64,000 nucleotides of DNA from Castellaniella sp. (GCF_034007085.1 NZ_JAVERO010000001.1:2991-66990), one strand, 5' to 3'; positions 17,271 through 29,525 are shown, counted from the first letter of the stretch. Translations and numbers: made by a program. Notes: generated by a model not told the origin, from the sequence alone.

Positions 17271-17966
17271 TCAATCAGGACACGGACCGCAGATCGTGAA
17301 GCCTTCGAGTTGCAGCAGTCGGACCTTGCGGGCCAGCCCCCCGCCATAGCCATTCAGGGTGCCATTGCGCGCCAGGATGCGGTGGCAGGGAATGATGATG
17401 CTGATGGGATTGCGGCCCACGGCCGTACCGACGGCGCGCCCATGGGCCGCGCTCAGGCCCGCTTGTTCGGCCAGTTCGCCATAGGACAGGGTGGTGCCAC
17501 AGGGGACTGCCAGCAGGGCCTGCCAGACCCGCCGCTGAAAAGCCGTGCCCTGGGGCGCCAGCCGCACATCGAACACCTGACGTTCACCGCGCCAGTATTC
17601 GTCCAGTTCATGTCCAGCCTGTTGCAGCACTACCAAGGCGGCGACGGGCGTATCGTCCTGCAGCAGGCGCAGGGTCTGCGGGCCAGCCGACTGCCTGGCA
17701 CTTGGGGATTCGGTCGTCCGGGTGATTGTGGGGAACAGCGCCCCGTCCTGGCCCGCAGGCCGTCCCCGCACGGCCTTGAGCGTACGCATCGATCGGCCAT
17801 CCAGCGTCCCCATGGTGGGGTCGGAGACCACCTGGGCGGCGGCCTGCACCCCAGGCACCCGGGGCAGATCCCGCTGGTCCGTGAAATACAGGCCCAGCAG
17901 GCCGCGGCCGTCCGCGGCCAGCAGGATCGCCCCCAGGGGGGACGCAATCAGGGCATAGGACGGCAT
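17271..17966 (-). CDS. ogt: Methylated-DNA--protein-cysteine methyltransferase
   Basis: Active site IIIPCHRIL and GTAFQRRVW...YGELA. The N-domain carries an extra low-complexity stretch. Confidence 0.85.
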   Translation of the reverse strand: MPSYALIASPLGAILLAADGRGLLGLYFTDQRDLPRVPGVQAAAQVVSDPTMGTLDGRSMRTLKAVRGRPAGQDGALFPTITRTTESPSARQSAGPQTLRLLQDDTPVAALVVLQQAGHELDEYWRGERQVFDVRLAPQGTAFQRRVWQALLAVPCGTTLSYGELAEQAGLSAAHGRAVGTAVGRNPISIIIPCHRILARNGTLNGYGGGLARKVRLLQLEGFTICGPCPD

Positions 17967-17971
17967 GCCCG

Positions 17972-20350
17972 TCAGGCGGCGACCTTCGTGTCGGCCAGAC
18001 GCTGCCAGGTATCAACCACCGTGTCCGGATTCAGAGACATGGACAGGATGCCCTCGTCGCGCAGCCATTGAGCCAGGTCGGGATGATCGCTGGGGCCCTG
18101 GCCGCAAATGCCGACGTATTTGCCGGCTTTCAGGCAGGCCTGGATGGCGCGGCGCAGCATGAACAGCACGGCCGGATCGCGCTCGTCGAAGTCGGCGGCC
18201 AGCAGTTCCATGCCTGAATCCCGATCCAGCCCCAGGGTCAGCTGGGTCATGTCGTTCGAGCCGATCGAAAAGCCGTCGAAATATTGCAGGAATTCCTCGG
18301 CCAGGATGGCATTGGTCGGGACTTCGCACATCATGATCAGGCGCAGACCGTTTTCGCCGCGCTTGAGGCCATGGGATGCCAGCAGATCGACCACGCGCTC
18401 GGCCTGGCTGAGCGTGCGCACGAACGGCACCATGATTTCCACATTGGTCAGGCCCATTTCGTCGCGGACCTTTTTCAGGGCCTCGCATTCCATGCGGAAG
18501 CATTCGGCAAAGTCCTCGGAGATGTAGCGCGACGCGCCCCGGAAGCCCAGCATCGGGTTTTCTTCTTCGGGCTCGTAGCGCGAACCGCCCACCAGCTTGC
18601 GGTATTCATTGGACTTGAAATCCGACAGGCGCACGATCACGGGCTTGGGATAGAAAGCCGCGCCGATGGTGGCGACGCCTTCGGCCAGTTTTTCCACGAA
18701 GAAGGCACGCGGGCTGGCGTAGCCCCGGGCGGCCGATTCCACGGCCTTTTTCAAATCGCCATCGACGTTCGGGTAGTCCAGGATCGCCTTGGGGTGGACG
18801 TTGATGTTGTTGTTGATGATGAATTCCAGGCGCGCCAGGCCGACGCCGCCATTGGGAATCTGCGAAAAATCGAAAGCCAGCTGTGGGTTGCCGACATTCA
18901 TCATGATTTTCAGGCCGATGTCGGGCATCTGGCCCCAGCGGACTTCTTCGACCTCGGTCTCGATCAGGCCATCGTAGATGCGGCCTTCGTCGCCCTCGGC
19001 GCAAGACACGGTGACCTCGCGGCCATTGGCCAGCACGTCGGTGGCATCGGCGCAGCCGACCACGGCCGGGATGCCCAGTTCGCGCGCGATGATGGCCGCG
19101 TGGCAGGTGCGGCCGCCCCGATTGGTGACGATGGCCGAAGCCAGTTTCATGACTGGTTCCCAGTTGGGGTCGGTCATGTCGGTGACCAGGATGTCGCCGG
19201 GGCGCACCTTGTCCATTTCAGAGGCATCGGCCACGACGCGCACCGTGCCCGAGCCGATCTTCTGGCCGATGGCGCGGCCGGTGACCAGAACCTCGCCGGT
19301 GGCCTTCAGGCGGTAGCGTTCCTGGACGTCGTGGTGGCTCTGCTGGGATTTCACGGTCTCGGGGCGGGCCTGCAGGATGTAGAGCTTGCCATCCACCCCA
19401 TCACGGCCCCATTCGATATCCATCGGGCGCTGGTAGTGTTTTTCGATGATGGTCGCGTAGCGGGCGAGCTCGATGATTTCTTCGTCGGTCAGGGAATAGC
19501 GGTTGCGCTCGGATGCGGGGACTTCGACCGTACGCACGGCATGGCCGGAGACACGTTGTTCATCGAATTCCATCTTGATCAGCTTGGAGCCGATGCGCCG
19601 GCTGATGACGGGATAGTGGCCGGCTTCCAGTGTGGGTTTGAAGACATAGAATTCGTCGGGATTGACCGCGCCCTGGACCACGGTTTCACCCAGCCCGTAG
19701 GACGAAGTGATGAACACCACATCCTTGAAGCCGGATTCCGTGTCCAGCGTGAACATCACGCCCGCGCTGCCCTTGTCCGAACGCACCATGCGCTGGATAC
19801 CGGCCGACAGCGCGACTTCGGCATGCGCGTAGCCTTTGTGCACGCGGTAGGAGATCGCCCGATCGTTGTACAGCGAAGCGAACACGTGGCGGATCTTGTC
19901 CAGCACATCATCGATGCCGACCACGTTCAGGTAGGTTTCCTGCTGACCGGCGAACGAGGCATCGGGCAGGTCCTCGGCCGTGGCCGACGAGCGCACGGCA
20001 AAGGAGCCCTTGCCATCGGCATCCAGCGCGGCAAAAGCCGTGCGGATGGCCTGCTCGAAATCGGCCGGGAACGGCGTGTCGATCACCCACTGGCGGATTT
20101 CGGCGCCGGCGGCGGCCAGTTCGCGTACGTCATCGGCATTGAGCGCATCCAGGCGCGCGTTGATGCGCGCGTCCAGGCCGGAAGATTTCAGAAAATCGCG
20201 AAAAGCATCGGCCGTGGTGGCAAAGCCGCCTGGAACACGGACGCCCGCGCCAGCCAGCTGGCTGATCATTTCCCCAAGAGAAGCGTTCTTGCCTCCTACC
20301 GAGTCCACATCCGTCATGCGGAGCTGCTCGAACGATACGACATACGACAT
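17972..20350 (-). CDS. ppsA: Phosphoenolpyruvate synthase
   Basis: 792 aa from [28 protein letters not shown]. Phosphohistidine region [21 protein letters not shown] and a PEP-utilising C-terminal domain. Confidence 0.95.
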   Translation of the reverse strand: MSYVVSFEQLRMTDVDSVGGKNASLGEMISQLAGAGVRVPGGFATTADAFRDFLKSSGLDARINARLDALNADDVRELAAAGAEIRQWVIDTPFPADFEQAIRTAFAALDADGKGSFAVRSSATAEDLPDASFAGQQETYLNVVGIDDVLDKIRHVFASLYNDRAISYRVHKGYAHAEVALSAGIQRMVRSDKGSAGVMFTLDTESGFKDVVFITSSYGLGETVVQGAVNPDEFYVFKPTLEAGHYPVISRRIGSKLIKMEFDEQRVSGHAVRTVEVPASERNRYSLTDEEIIELARYATIIEKHYQRPMDIEWGRDGVDGKLYILQARPETVKSQQSHHDVQERYRLKATGEVLVTGRAIGQKIGSGTVRVVADASEMDKVRPGDILVTDMTDPNWEPVMKLASAIVTNRGGRTCHAAIIARELGIPAVVGCADATDVLANGREVTVSCAEGDEGRIYDGLIETEVEEVRWGQMPDIGLKIMMNVGNPQLAFDFSQIPNGGVGLARLEFIINNNINVHPKAILDYPNVDGDLKKAVESAARGYASPRAFFVEKLAEGVATIGAAFYPKPVIVRLSDFKSNEYRKLVGGSRYEPEEENPMLGFRGASRYISEDFAECFRMECEALKKVRDEMGLTNVEIMVPFVRTLSQAERVVDLLASHGLKRGENGLRLIMMCEVPTNAILAEEFLQYFDGFSIGSNDMTQLTLGLDRDSGMELLAADFDERDPAVLFMLRRAIQACLKAGKYVGICGQGPSDHPDLAQWLRDEGILSMSLNPDTVVDTWQRLADTKVAA

Positions 20351-20528
20351 GGTGTCACCTTTGAGATAGAAAAAGCGTGTTTGCCCGGCGTACGCGGCGC
20401 GAAGAACAAATACCTTCGCGTGCGCGGCATGAACGCGTGCGCCCGGCAAACCAGCCTTGCTCCCGGCTCGGGTGACTGGTAATCTTCGCGGATTGTACCG
20501 TTTCTGACGCTTGGTGGTTCAACAATCC

Positions 20529-21362
20529 ATGACTGGCTCTCCTATCGAACGCACGGTGTTCATCGTCTCGGACAGCACCGGAATCACTGCCGAGACTTTC
20601 AGCCATGCGGTGCTTTCGCAATTCGAGGAAATTGCTTTCCAGTCTGTGCGACTGCCCTTCATCGATTCGGTGGAAAAGGCCGACGCCGCCGCGCGGCGCA
20701 TCGCCTTGCAGGCGGACCAGGGCGGCCCGCCCCCGCTGGTGTTCAGCACCCTGGTGGACTCGGAAATCGCCGACCGCATCCGCGCCACACCGTGCATTTT
20801 CCTGGATCTGTTCGGCTCCTTCGTCCATCACCTGGAAGATGTCCTGGGCGTGACTGCCAGCCGCTCGGTGGGCCGGTCGCATACCAACGGCCTGAGCAAG
20901 GAATACAACGATCGCATCGAGGCCATCAATTTCAGCCTGGCCCACGATGACGGCCAGTATGTCCAGGGGCTGGAACAGGCCGACGTCATCCTGGTGGGCG
21001 TGTCCCGCTGCGGCAAGACCCCCACCAGCCTTTATTTGGCCATGCAATATGCCGTCAAGGCCGCCAATTATCCGCTGATCCCCGAAGACTTCGACCGGGG
21101 CGCCCTGCCCGCTACCCTGCTGCCCTATCGGCGCAAGCTGTTCGGCCTGTCGATCCAGCCCGAACGGCTGGCCGAAGTCCGCAACGAGCGCCGCCCGAAC
21201 AGCACCTACGCTTCGCTGAAGCAATGTCTCCAGGAAGTCGCCGACGCCGAACGCCTGATGCGCATGGAAAACATCCCCTGGCTGTCGACCACGACCCGCT
21301 CGATCGAGGAGATCTCCACAAAGATTCTCGACGAGGTCGGCCTGAACCGGATGAGTTACTGA
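20529..21362 (+). CDS. ppsR: PEP synthase regulatory protein (bifunctional kinase/pyrophosphorylase) PpsR
   Basis: FIVSDSTGITAE N-terminus and VGVSRCGKTPTSLYLA P-loop. Divergent from ppsA. ATG at 20529 is preferred over the TTG at 20511. Confidence 0.88.
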   Translation: MTGSPIERTVFIVSDSTGITAETFSHAVLSQFEEIAFQSVRLPFIDSVEKADAAARRIALQADQGGPPPLVFSTLVDSEIADRIRATPCIFLDLFGSFVHHLEDVLGVTASRSVGRSHTNGLSKEYNDRIEAINFSLAHDDGQYVQGLEQADVILVGVSRCGKTPTSLYLAMQYAVKAANYPLIPEDFDRGALPATLLPYRRKLFGLSIQPERLAEVRNERRPNSTYASLKQCLQEVADAERLMRMENIPWLSTTTRSIEEISTKILDEVGLNRMSY

Positions 21363-21397
21363 TCATTCATCCCCGGGCACGGCCTGGCGCGACTCTG

Positions 21398-22222
21398 TCA
21401 CCGCCGGGTTCTGCGGGCCTGCACAGCGACCATCAGCTGCTGGCGCCGCTGTTCGAACAGGCACACGGCGGCGGCAGCCGCCACATTCAGTGACTCGACC
21501 GCAGCCGCCTGCGGGATGTGGATCCGCCAGTCCGCCCGCATCAGCAGTTCATCGGCGACGCCCTGCCCTTCGTTGCCGAACAGCCAGGCGCACGGCTGCC
21601 GAAGATCCTTGGCATACAGGATTTCGGCCTGATCCAGCGTCGTGGCGGCCAATGGGATATCCAACCGTCCGGACAGCGCCTGGAGATCCACGTGTTCGTG
21701 GATTTCCAGGGCAAAATGTGCTCCTTGGCCACTGCGCAGGACCTTGGGCGACCAGGCTGCTGCGCAACCATTGGACAAATAAGCCTGCCGCAGGCCGGCG
21801 GCCGCTGCCGTGCGCAGCAAAGTGCCCAGATTGCCGGGATCCTGGACCCGATCCAGCCACAGACAGCCATTGCGGATCCTTGCCGGCAATTCCGGAACGG
21901 GCGGCTCGACGACGAAAAATACCGCAGGGCCGTGCTCGACCTGCGACAGGACGGCAGCAAGATTGTCCTGCAGAACCACCCGGCGTCCATGCGCACAGGC
22001 CTGCCAGAGCGGGCCGACCCACCCCAGGGACAGCGCGGATTCCCCGACCACCAGCAAGGGGGGCGGTCCTTTATGTTCGAGCCAGGCGCGGCACAGATGT
22101 TCGCCTTCGAGGATCACACGAGGATCCAGGCGCCCCGGTCGGCCCTGAGCCAGACGCAGCCAAGCGCGGTAATCCGGGTTGTCGCGCGAAGCAATATGAC
22201 GAACAGGAGCGGCGTGCTTCAT
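21398..22222 (-). CDS. TrmH/SpoU-family RNA 2'-O-methyltransferase
   Basis: SpoU motifs ([48 protein letters not shown]). ATGA overlap with rnhB. Confidence 0.8.
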   Translation of the reverse strand: MKHAAPVRHIASRDNPDYRAWLRLAQGRPGRLDPRVILEGEHLCRAWLEHKGPPPLLVVGESALSLGWVGPLWQACAHGRRVVLQDNLAAVLSQVEHGPAVFFVVEPPVPELPARIRNGCLWLDRVQDPGNLGTLLRTAAAAGLRQAYLSNGCAAAWSPKVLRSGQGAHFALEIHEHVDLQALSGRLDIPLAATTLDQAEILYAKDLRQPCAWLFGNEGQGVADELLMRADWRIHIPQAAAVESLNVAAAAAVCLFEQRRQQLMVAVQARRTRR

Positions 22223-22863
22223 GAGGCATCCTCGCGCCGCGCCGGGGCGTTGCTTGAATCACACCGGCCTTCCAGCGCGCGGCGCACGGGAGCGAAACCG
22301 CGCCGGTGCGCCGGGCACGGGCCGAATTCCACCAATCGTGCCAGATGCAGCGCAGTGCCATAGCCCTTGTGGCGATCAAAAGCATATTCCGGATAGCGTG
22401 CATGCAGTTCCAGGCAGCAAGCATCCCGAGCGGTCTTGGCCAGAATGGAAGCGGCGGAAATAGCGGGTTCCAGGGCGTCGCCGCCAACGACGGCTCGGGC
22501 CGGGCACGACAGCCCCGCCGGCAGGCGGTTGCCATCCACCAGAACCAGCGTCGGCGCGCGGAACAGACCCTGGCAGGCACGCAGCATGGCCAGCATCGTT
22601 GCCTGCAGAATGTTCAGACGCTCGATTTCCTCGACACTGGCACTGGCAATCGCCCAGGCCAGGGCCTGTCTGCGGATCTGCTCGGCCAGGCGATCCCTGC
22701 GCGCGGGGCTGAGTTTCTTGGAATCGTTCAAGCCCTCGATCGGGTGATCCGGATCCAGGATGACGGCGGCGGCATACACAGGGCCCGCCAGGGGCCCACG
22801 TCCGGCTTCATCCACTCCGGCGATCAGAGCGGAAGATTCTGCGGTGCCGAACAGATCACGCAT
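22219..22863 (-). CDS. rnhB: Ribonuclease HII
   Basis: [16 protein letters not shown] and DSKKL motifs; 214 aa from MRDLFG. Confidence 0.92.
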   Translation of the reverse strand: MRDLFGTAESSALIAGVDEAGRGPLAGPVYAAAVILDPDHPIEGLNDSKKLSPARRDRLAEQIRRQALAWAIASASVEEIERLNILQATMLAMLRACQGLFRAPTLVLVDGNRLPAGLSCPARAVVGGDALEPAISAASILAKTARDACCLELHARYPEYAFDRHKGYGTALHLARLVEFGPCPAHRRGFAPVRRALEGRCDSSNAPARREDAS

Positions 22864-24079
22864 GCCCACGGCTGGCTTCCAGTATGGCCTGCGCCGCCAG
22901 GCCGGGCGTATCGCGGCTGAGTGTTTCGTGCAGCGCAGTAAAGCGCCGCGTGATGCGCTCGGCCAGGTTCGCATCGGTCAGGGCCGTCCAGGTGTGTTCG
23001 GCCAGGGCTTGTGGCGTAGCGGCTTCTTGCAGCAGTTCTGGCACGACGAACTCGCGCTCCAGGATATTGGGCAGGCCGACCCAGGGCAGGCTGGGTGCGT
23101 CCTGCCCCGATTTCCAGGCCATGATGCGCCGCATCCAGGGCGAAATCACATAGGAAATGACCAGGGGGCGCTTGAACAGCGCGGCCTCCAGGGTGGCGGT
23201 GCCGCTGGCCACCAGCACGGCGTCTGCGGCCTCCATGGCGTGCCAGGCAATCGGCCATGCAGAGGTGTCCAGGCCATCGGTTCGCGCCGCTGCGGCCCCC
23301 TGCCCGGCTTCTGGCAAGGCAGCCATGACTCGGCAGCCCGGCACCGGGTGCTGCGCCAGGATGGCTTCGAACTGGGCGCGGCGGTGCGCATTGACGACCG
23401 GCACGATGATCTGCAAATCGGGATCCTGGCTGAGCAGAATCTGCGCTGCCTGCAGGAATCGGGGCGCCAGCAGCCGGATCTCGGATTCGCGGCTGCCCGG
23501 CATCAGCGCCAGGATCCGGCCCGCCGGTTCCAGTCCCAGGCGCGCGCGCGCCGCCAGACGGTCCGGCTGCGCGGGAATGAGCTCGGCCAGGGGATGGCCT
23601 ACGTAGGTCACGGGCACGCCCTGTTCGCGGTATAGATCCACCTCGAACGGAAACAGCACCAGCATGTGCGATACGGCACGACGGATCTGGTGAATGCGCT
23701 CGAAACGCCAGGCCCAGATCGAAGGGCCGACGAAGTGCACCGTCGGAATGCCGGCGGCACGCAGTTTTTCTTCCAGGCGCAGATTGAAATCCGGTGCATC
23801 GACACCGACGAACACGTCCGGACGCCAGGCCAGCGTGCGCCGATGGGTATCGCGCCAGGTGCGGATCAGGCGCGGCGCCTGGCGCAGTGCATCGATGTAA
23901 CCGAATACGGACAGCGCATCCATGGGGTGCCAGGCCTCGAAACCCGCACGCGCCATGGCCGGCCCCCCGATGCCCATGGCACGGACCTCGGGGTCGCGGG
24001 CCCGCAGGCCACCGAGCAGACGCGCCGCCAGCAGGTCGCCGGACGGTTCCCCTGCCACGATGGCGGCGGAAAACGTCAT
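22856..24079 (-). CDS. lpxB: Lipid-A-disaccharide synthase
   Basis: [23 protein letters not shown]-terminus and YVGHPLA motif. The long N-terminal extension of ORF 22856..24502 is rejected because it overlaps lpxA. Confidence 0.9.
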   Translation of the reverse strand: MTFSAAIVAGEPSGDLLAARLLGGLRARDPEVRAMGIGGPAMARAGFEAWHPMDALSVFGYIDALRQAPRLIRTWRDTHRRTLAWRPDVFVGVDAPDFNLRLEEKLRAAGIPTVHFVGPSIWAWRFERIHQIRRAVSHMLVLFPFEVDLYREQGVPVTYVGHPLAELIPAQPDRLAARARLGLEPAGRILALMPGSRESEIRLLAPRFLQAAQILLSQDPDLQIIVPVVNAHRRAQFEAILAQHPVPGCRVMAALPEAGQGAAAARTDGLDTSAWPIAWHAMEAADAVLVASGTATLEAALFKRPLVISYVISPWMRRIMAWKSGQDAPSLPWVGLPNILEREFVVPELLQEAATPQALAEHTWTALTDANLAERITRRFTALHETLSRDTPGLAAQAILEASRGHA

Positions 24080-24876
24080 GGCCGGGCGATCCCGCGGCTG
24101 GATGCGCGCAGGAAATCCAGCAGGGTCTGGATGGCGGGGGCTTCGGCCGGATGTTCTGCCTGCAGAACGGCAAGGGCCTCGATTGCCTGTTCCACGTTCA
24201 GCTGCCGCCGATAGAGGATCTTGTAGGCATCCTTGAGCACCTGGATGTCGGCTGGCGTGAAGCCTCGCCGGCCCAGACCTTCGGCATTGATGCCGACCGG
24301 ACGGAACGAATCGCCCGCGCCGATCACGTAGGGCGGCACATCCTGGCGCACGGAACTGGTGCCGCCAATCATGGCATGCGCACCAATGCGCACGAACTGG
24401 TGCACCGCCGACAGGCCGCCCAGGATGGCCCAGTCGCCGATGTGAATGTGGCCGGCGAGCTGGACACTGTTGGCAATCACGATGTGACTGCCCAGCTGAC
24501 AATCATGGGCGATGTGGACATAGGCCATGATCCAGTTGTCATCGCCCAGCCGCGTGGTGCCCACGTCCTGCACGGTGCCGGTATTCACAGTCACGAATTC
24601 ACGAAACGTGTTGCCCGCGCCGATTTCCAGCGCTGTGGGTTCGCCTGCGTATTTCTTGTCCTGGGGAATGCCGCCAATGGAACAATAACGATAGAAATGA
24701 TTGTCCGGGCCGATGGAGGTATGCCCGTCGATGGTGCAATACGGCCCGATGCGCGTGCGGGCCCCGACGCGGACATGTTCGCCGACGATGCTGTAGGGAC
24801 CCACGACGACGTCCTCGTCCAGCACCGCCCCTGGCGCAACGAGGGCCGTGGGGTGGATCTGCGCCGCGCCCATCAT
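24076..24876 (-). CDS. lpxA: UDP-N-acetylglucosamine O-acyltransferase
   Basis: Left-handed beta-helix hexapeptide repeats and an N-terminal IHPTALV. The start could be 24876 or 24873. Confidence 0.9.
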   Translation of the reverse strand: MMGAAQIHPTALVAPGAVLDEDVVVGPYSIVGEHVRVGARTRIGPYCTIDGHTSIGPDNHFYRYCSIGGIPQDKKYAGEPTALEIGAGNTFREFVTVNTGTVQDVGTTRLGDDNWIMAYVHIAHDCQLGSHIVIANSVQLAGHIHIGDWAILGGLSAVHQFVRIGAHAMIGGTSSVRQDVPPYVIGAGDSFRPVGINAEGLGRRGFTPADIQVLKDAYKILYRRQLNVEQAIEALAVLQAEHPAEAPAIQTLLDFLRASSRGIARP

Positions 24877-25325
24877 TCCTCCAGGATGCGCACCGCACAC
24901 ATGATCTTGGCTTCGGCAGCGATCTGATCGTCGACCTTGGCCACGGCGGTGTACTTGCAGATGGAGCGGCTGAGCTTGTCGGCCGAGACTTCCATGCGCA
25001 ACTGGTCGCCGGGCACGACAGGGCGGCGGAAACGCGCGCCATCCACACCGACCAGGTAATAGGCGATCTTGGTGCTGGCCAGGTTCGGCGCGCCGGCATC
25101 CGCAAAGGAAAACAGTGCGGCAGCCTGGGCCAGGGCCTCGATGATGAGCACGCCGGGCATGACCGGATGGTGGGCGAAATGGCCCTGGAAGAAAGGCTCG
25201 TTGTAGGTGACATTCTTGATGGCGACGATGCTCTTGCCCGGGTCCATTTCCAGGACGCGGTCCACGAGCAGCATCGGTTGCCGATGAGGCAAGCGTTCCA
25301 TGATGTCTTTGATATCGAGTTCCAT
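24873..25325 (-). CDS. fabZ: 3-hydroxyacyl-ACP dehydratase FabZ
   Basis: [13 protein letters not shown] and [16 protein letters not shown] motifs; 150 aa. Confidence 0.95.
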   Translation of the reverse strand: MELDIKDIMERLPHRQPMLLVDRVLEMDPGKSIVAIKNVTYNEPFFQGHFAHHPVMPGVLIIEALAQAAALFSFADAGAPNLASTKIAYYLVGVDGARFRRPVVPGDQLRMEVSADKLSRSICKYTAVAKVDDQIAAEAKIMCAVRILEE

Positions 25326-26470
25326 TAGCGTGTGTCCTGCTTGGGGTTCGTCGGCTGGCCGGGCATGCCGGCGGCGCCTTGTCGTTCTACTGCGCGCAAC
25401 CGCTTGCGCAATTGCGCAAGCTGGCCGATCACGGCTGCATTATGTTGCCAGGCGCTGTGCTCAGCCACGGGGAATACCCCCGTGTAGCGCCCAGGCGTGA
25501 GAATGTCCGAAGTGACGGCCGTGCCGCCTGAAATATGCACATCGTCGCCCAGCGTCAGGTGCCCGCCGAACATGGCAGCCCCCCCGATCACGCAACGTTG
25601 GCCCATGGTGGTAGATCCGGCCACGCCCACGCAGGCGGCCATGGCCGTATGGTCTCCGATCCGGCAGTTGTGACCGATCATGATCTGGTTGTCGAGCTTC
25701 ACGCCATCACCCAGCACGGTGTCCTCGACCGCACCACGGTCAACTGTGGTGTTGGCGCCGATTTCCACGTCGTCCCCGATGCGCACCCCGCCCAGCTGGG
25801 CAATTTTGGCCCAGGCGCCCGGCGTGCGCGGGTCGGGTGCGAAGCCGAAACCGTCAGCCCCCAGCACGACACCGGAATGCAGAATGGCCCGCGCGCCCAC
25901 ATGCACGTCATGGTAGAGCGTCACATGGGCATGCAGCAGGCTGTCCGCCCCGATGGAGCTATCTGCCCCGATGACGCAGCCCGGACCGATGCGCACGCCC
26001 GGACCGATATGCACGCCAGACTCGATCACCGACAGCGGACCAACATGCACGTCGTCGGCCAATACGGCATCTTCGGCTATGACGGCGCTGGGATGGATCC
26101 CCTGGGGCAGGCCCGCCTGGCGATGGCGGTCGAACCACTGGGCCAGCAGCGCGTACATCAGATAAGGCTGGGGGCACAGCACCGCAGCCCAGGACGGCGG
26201 GCCGTCGCAACGGGATTGGTACGCATCCCAGTCCTGCTGGCGCAGGATGACCGCAGCCGCGCCGCAATCATCCAGTTGGGACTGCAGGCGCGGGTTGGAC
26301 AGGAAGCTGATTTCGGATGATCCCGCCGAAGCCAGCGAGCCGATGCCAGCGATCTTCAGCGCACCGGAATCAGGCGTCCCTGTGATGCTGCATCCCAGCC
26401 CGACCGTATCGGCCGCCCGCAACAGCTCGGACAACGCGGGTGCCCGATCGGGCGCAAGCAGCACAGGCAT
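25325..26470 (-). CDS. lpxD: UDP-3-O-acylglucosamine N-acyltransferase
   Basis: Hexapeptide-repeat acyltransferase, 381 aa, between skp and fabZ. Confidence 0.92.
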   Translation of the reverse strand: MPVLLAPDRAPALSELLRAADTVGLGCSITGTPDSGALKIAGIGSLASAGSSEISFLSNPRLQSQLDDCGAAAVILRQQDWDAYQSRCDGPPSWAAVLCPQPYLMYALLAQWFDRHRQAGLPQGIHPSAVIAEDAVLADDVHVGPLSVIESGVHIGPGVRIGPGCVIGADSSIGADSLLHAHVTLYHDVHVGARAILHSGVVLGADGFGFAPDPRTPGAWAKIAQLGGVRIGDDVEIGANTTVDRGAVEDTVLGDGVKLDNQIMIGHNCRIGDHTAMAACVGVAGSTTMGQRCVIGGAAMFGGHLTLGDDVHISGGTAVTSDILTPGRYTGVFPVAEHSAWQHNAAVIGQLAQLRKRLRAVERQGAAGMPGQPTNPKQDTR

Positions 26471-26476
26471 TGGAGA

Positions 26477-27001
26477 TCAGCCGCCCAGAGCGCCAATGAC
26501 CTGATCGGTGATATCCACGCGGGGGCTGACCGTGACGGCGTCCTGGATGATCAGGTCGTAGTTCTGCTGTTCGGCGATTTTCTTGATCGCGGCATCGGCC
26601 TTTTCCACGATGGCGGAGAATTCCTCGTTGCGGCGGCGATTGAAGTCTTCCTGGAATTCGCGGCGCTTGCGCTGCAAATCGGAATCCATGTCCTGGAGCT
26701 TGCGCTGGCGCTTGATGCGATCGGCCTCGGACAGCACCGGAGCGTCCTTGTCGAGTTTCTGGGCCTCGCTGCGCAAGTTGTCGGCCAGGCGCTGCAGTTC
26801 CTGGTCGCGTTTCTTGAATTCGGATTCGATCTTGGCCTGGGCCGCCTTGGCGGGCTTGGAATCACGCAGAATGCGCTCGGTGCTGACGAAACCGATTTTC
26901 GTGCCCTGGGCGTAGGATGGCGCAACGAACAGCGCCCCCAGGCCCACAGCCGCCGCCAGGGCCAATACCCGGTGGCTACGCAGGGTGCGTTGCGTCAACA
27001 T
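26477..27001 (-). CDS. skp: Periplasmic chaperone Skp (OmpH)
   Basis: Signal peptide ending APSYA, then a coiled-coil rich K/E/Q sequence. Lies between bamA and lpxD. Confidence 0.85.
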   Translation of the reverse strand: MLTQRTLRSHRVLALAAAVGLGALFVAPSYAQGTKIGFVSTERILRDSKPAKAAQAKIESEFKKRDQELQRLADNLRSEAQKLDKDAPVLSEADRIKRQRKLQDMDSDLQRKRREFQEDFNRRRNEEFSAIVEKADAAIKKIAEQQNYDLIIQDAVTVSPRVDITDQVIGALGG

Positions 27002-27094
27002 TGAAAAATTCAGACCTGAAACGAACATGATGAGGAATCCACCTAGGATCAAAGCGACTACAAAAGAGATTATTGTGCCATCAAACGAAGGGAA

Positions 27095-29458
27095 TCAGAA
27101 ACCAGTACCGATCTGGAACTGGAAGACCTGCTTCTGGTCGCCTTCCTTGGCGTTCAGAGCGCGCCCGAAGGACAGTTGCAGCGGCCCCAGCGGCGATTCC
27201 CAGGACAGGCCCAGGCCTGCGGAGTATTTCCAACCGCAGGGGTCGGCCACCTGGCCATATTCGCCCTTGGCGCAGCCCGAGCCATCGGTCGTGGTGATCT
27301 GACCGACGTCCGAGAACATGAACCAGCGCAGGGTGCGATCGCGCGAGGCGCCCGGGAACGGCAGATAGAGCTGCACATTGCCGACGATGCGCCGGGAACC
27401 GCCCAGGTAGGTGCCGGTCAAGGTATCGCGCGGCCCCAGGGAGGCGCCCTCGTAGCCGCGTACCGAGCCGATGCCGCCTGCGTACATGTTCTTGATCACC
27501 GGGAAGTCCTTGCCGCTGCTGCCGTAGGTCTTGGCCCAATCCACCTGGCCGTTCAGGGCCAGAGTGAAGGACCGCCCCAGAGGCCAGTAATACTGCTGCT
27601 GGCCGCCAAGCTTGTAATACCGCAGATCCAGGGTGGAAATATCGGCGGACACGCGGGAATAGCTGCCGCGGCGTGGCGCCAGGGCGCTGTCGCGGGTGTC
27701 CTTGGCCCAGCCCACGCTGAAGATGGCGGCATTGGTGGTATCGCCATAATCATCGACGAAATTCTGGTAGGCCAACGGCGCCGGATTGGTGCCGCTGCGG
27801 CGGATGTCCTTCAGCGAGTTGCGTTCGTAGGTCAGGCCGGCAAAGATGCGATCGACTTCGGAAATGGGCACGCCGAAATTCAGGCCCAGCCCCAGGGATT
27901 CGACCGAATACCAGCCGGTCGAGCCGCTGCTGGATACGTCGTAGGGCGTGGTGCGCCGATAGTACAGGGACGTCGTCTTGCTGATGCCGTCCTGGGTCCA
28001 GTAGGGGTCGGTGTGCGAGATCACCGCTGCACGGTTGGTCTTGCTGGTGTTGACGTTCAGGGACAGGGAATTGCCGCTGCCAAAGACATTGTCCTGGCTG
28101 ATGCCGGCCGACAGCATCAGTTTGTCGGTCGTGCCATAGCCCACCCCCAAGCTGATCATGCCGGTGGGTTTTTCCTTGACGTCGACGTTGACATCCACCT
28201 GGTCGGGCGAACCCGGCACCGGATCGGTCTTGACGTCCACTTCGGTGAAATAGCCCAGACGATCGATGCGTTCCTTGGACGTCTTGATACTGGAAGAGTC
28301 ATACCAGGCGGCTTCCTGCTGACGCATTTCACGGCGCACGACTTCGTCGCGGGTACGGGTGTTGCCGCCCACGTTGATGCGGCGCACGTAGACACGGCGG
28401 CCCGGATCAACGTAGAAATTCAGTTTGGCGACGTGATTTTCCCGATCCAGCATCGGACTGGGATTGACATTGGCAAAGGCATAGCCCAGCGACCCCAGAT
28501 AATCCGTGATGGATTTGGCCACGGCATTGGTCTTTTCCGCCGAGAAGGTTTCGCCTTCCTTGACGGTGACCAGCGGCTGGAGCTTATCTTCCAGGCCGAG
28601 CAGGTCGCCGGCCAGGCCGATCTCGCCCAGTTTATAGGGCTCGCCTTCGTGCAGGGTCATGGTGATGTAGATGGCCTTGCGATCCGGAGAAATCGATACC
28701 TGGGGGGGCTCCATGGAAAATTCCAGATAGCCGCGATCCAGATAGTACGAACGGATGCGTTCCACATCGCCTTCGAGTTTTTCGCGCGAATATTTGTTGG
28801 TGCCGGTGTACCAAGTCATGAAGCCGCCGGTGGTCAGCTCCATCTGGTCTTCGAGCGTGCTGGCCGAGAATGCCTCGTTGCCGATGAATTCGATCTTGTC
28901 GATAGTGGCGACATCGCCTTCGAAGATATCGAAACTGACCCCGACCCGGTTGCGCTCCAGCGGCGTGATGACCGGATTGATCTGGACGCCGTACTTGCCC
29001 TTGGACAGGTATTGCTGCTTGAGCTCGAAGACCGCGCGATCGAGCATGGCCTGATCGAAGATCCGGCCCTGGCCGAAACCGACCTGCGCCAGGGATTTCG
29101 TCAGCGCCTTGGCATCGAATTCGCGCATGCCGTTGAAATTGATCGAGGCGATCGTGGGGCGTTCTTCGACGGTGACGACGAGCACATTGCCTTGCGCGTC
29201 GATCTTGACATCATTGAAGAAGCCCGTGCCATAGAGTTTCTGGATGGCAGCCGAGGCTTCTTCCTGGGTGAAGGTCTGCCCGACCTTGACGGGGAGATAG
29301 GTGAAGATCGTGCCCGGATCGACGCGTTCGATCCCCTTGACCTGGATGTCCTGGACGACGAAAGGCGTGAAGGCCGAGGCCACGGCGGGCGCCAGGAGCG
29401 CCGCCAGCACCAGGGGAATGGCGCGCTTGATCAGACGAAAATTCCGGGGAGACGACAT
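27095..29458 (-). CDS. bamA: Outer membrane protein assembly factor BamA
   Basis: POTRA repeats followed by an Omp85 beta-barrel ending FQFQIGTGF. Start chosen at MSSPRNFRL. Confidence 0.93.
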   Translation of the reverse strand: MSSPRNFRLIKRAIPLVLAALLAPAVASAFTPFVVQDIQVKGIERVDPGTIFTYLPVKVGQTFTQEEASAAIQKLYGTGFFNDVKIDAQGNVLVVTVEERPTIASINFNGMREFDAKALTKSLAQVGFGQGRIFDQAMLDRAVFELKQQYLSKGKYGVQINPVITPLERNRVGVSFDIFEGDVATIDKIEFIGNEAFSASTLEDQMELTTGGFMTWYTGTNKYSREKLEGDVERIRSYYLDRGYLEFSMEPPQVSISPDRKAIYITMTLHEGEPYKLGEIGLAGDLLGLEDKLQPLVTVKEGETFSAEKTNAVAKSITDYLGSLGYAFANVNPSPMLDRENHVAKLNFYVDPGRRVYVRRINVGGNTRTRDEVVRREMRQQEAAWYDSSSIKTSKERIDRLGYFTEVDVKTDPVPGSPDQVDVNVDVKEKPTGMISLGVGYGTTDKLMLSAGISQDNVFGSGNSLSLNVNTSKTNRAAVISHTDPYWTQDGISKTTSLYYRRTTPYDVSSSGSTGWYSVESLGLGLNFGVPISEVDRIFAGLTYERNSLKDIRRSGTNPAPLAYQNFVDDYGDTTNAAIFSVGWAKDTRDSALAPRRGSYSRVSADISTLDLRYYKLGGQQQYYWPLGRSFTLALNGQVDWAKTYGSSGKDFPVIKNMYAGGIGSVRGYEGASLGPRDTLTGTYLGGSRRIVGNVQLYLPFPGASRDRTLRWFMFSDVGQITTTDGSGCAKGEYGQVADPCGWKYSAGLGLSWESPLGPLQLSFGRALNAKEGDQKQVFQFQIGTGF

Positions 29459-29525
29459 CCTGGCAATCCTAATTTGGCCGTGAAAGAACACGCTTGAGTG
29501 ATGCGCGATTGTAAGTCACAACCTC

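Noticed and set aside
17669-17864. Low-complexity insertion of about 55-60 residues in the N-terminal domain of Ogt. There is a comparable insertion of about 40 residues near the FolC C-terminus (44293-44430).
   Set aside because: These are probably lineage-specific linker expansions. The active-site motifs are intact, and I cannot evaluate conservation without alignments. No independent signal suggests a new function.
18284-20482. 732-aa plus-strand ORF. Similar long antisense ORFs occur at 27176..29497, 49145..51409, 536..1924, 14142..15899, 1789..2955, 4954..6102, 56124..57530, 58440..59669, 61341..62948 and 62405..63523.
   Set aside because: Each is antisense or out of frame to a confidently identified gene (ppsA, bamA, aceE, cysTW, acd, cysA, holB/tmk, prlC, oxidoreductase, OMF, RND). 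None has family-like motifs, so they are GC-content artefacts.
20351-20528. ppsA/ppsR divergent intergenic region with a 7-bp dyad CGCGAAG-N9-CTTCGCG
   Set aside because: The stem is short and GC-rich in a GC-rich genome, and there is no supporting evidence for a regulator site.
24080-24502. Long N-terminal extensions on many track ORFs. Examples: lpxB to 24502, rseP to 31103, cdsA to 33235, OMF to 62966, aceE to 52219, tatD to 4953, mltG to 7490, hydrolase to 14775, merR-like to 11195.
   Set aside because: The extensions overlap the upstream gene and lack family similarity. Internal ATGs give proteins of canonical length and N-termini, often with ATGA-type coupling.
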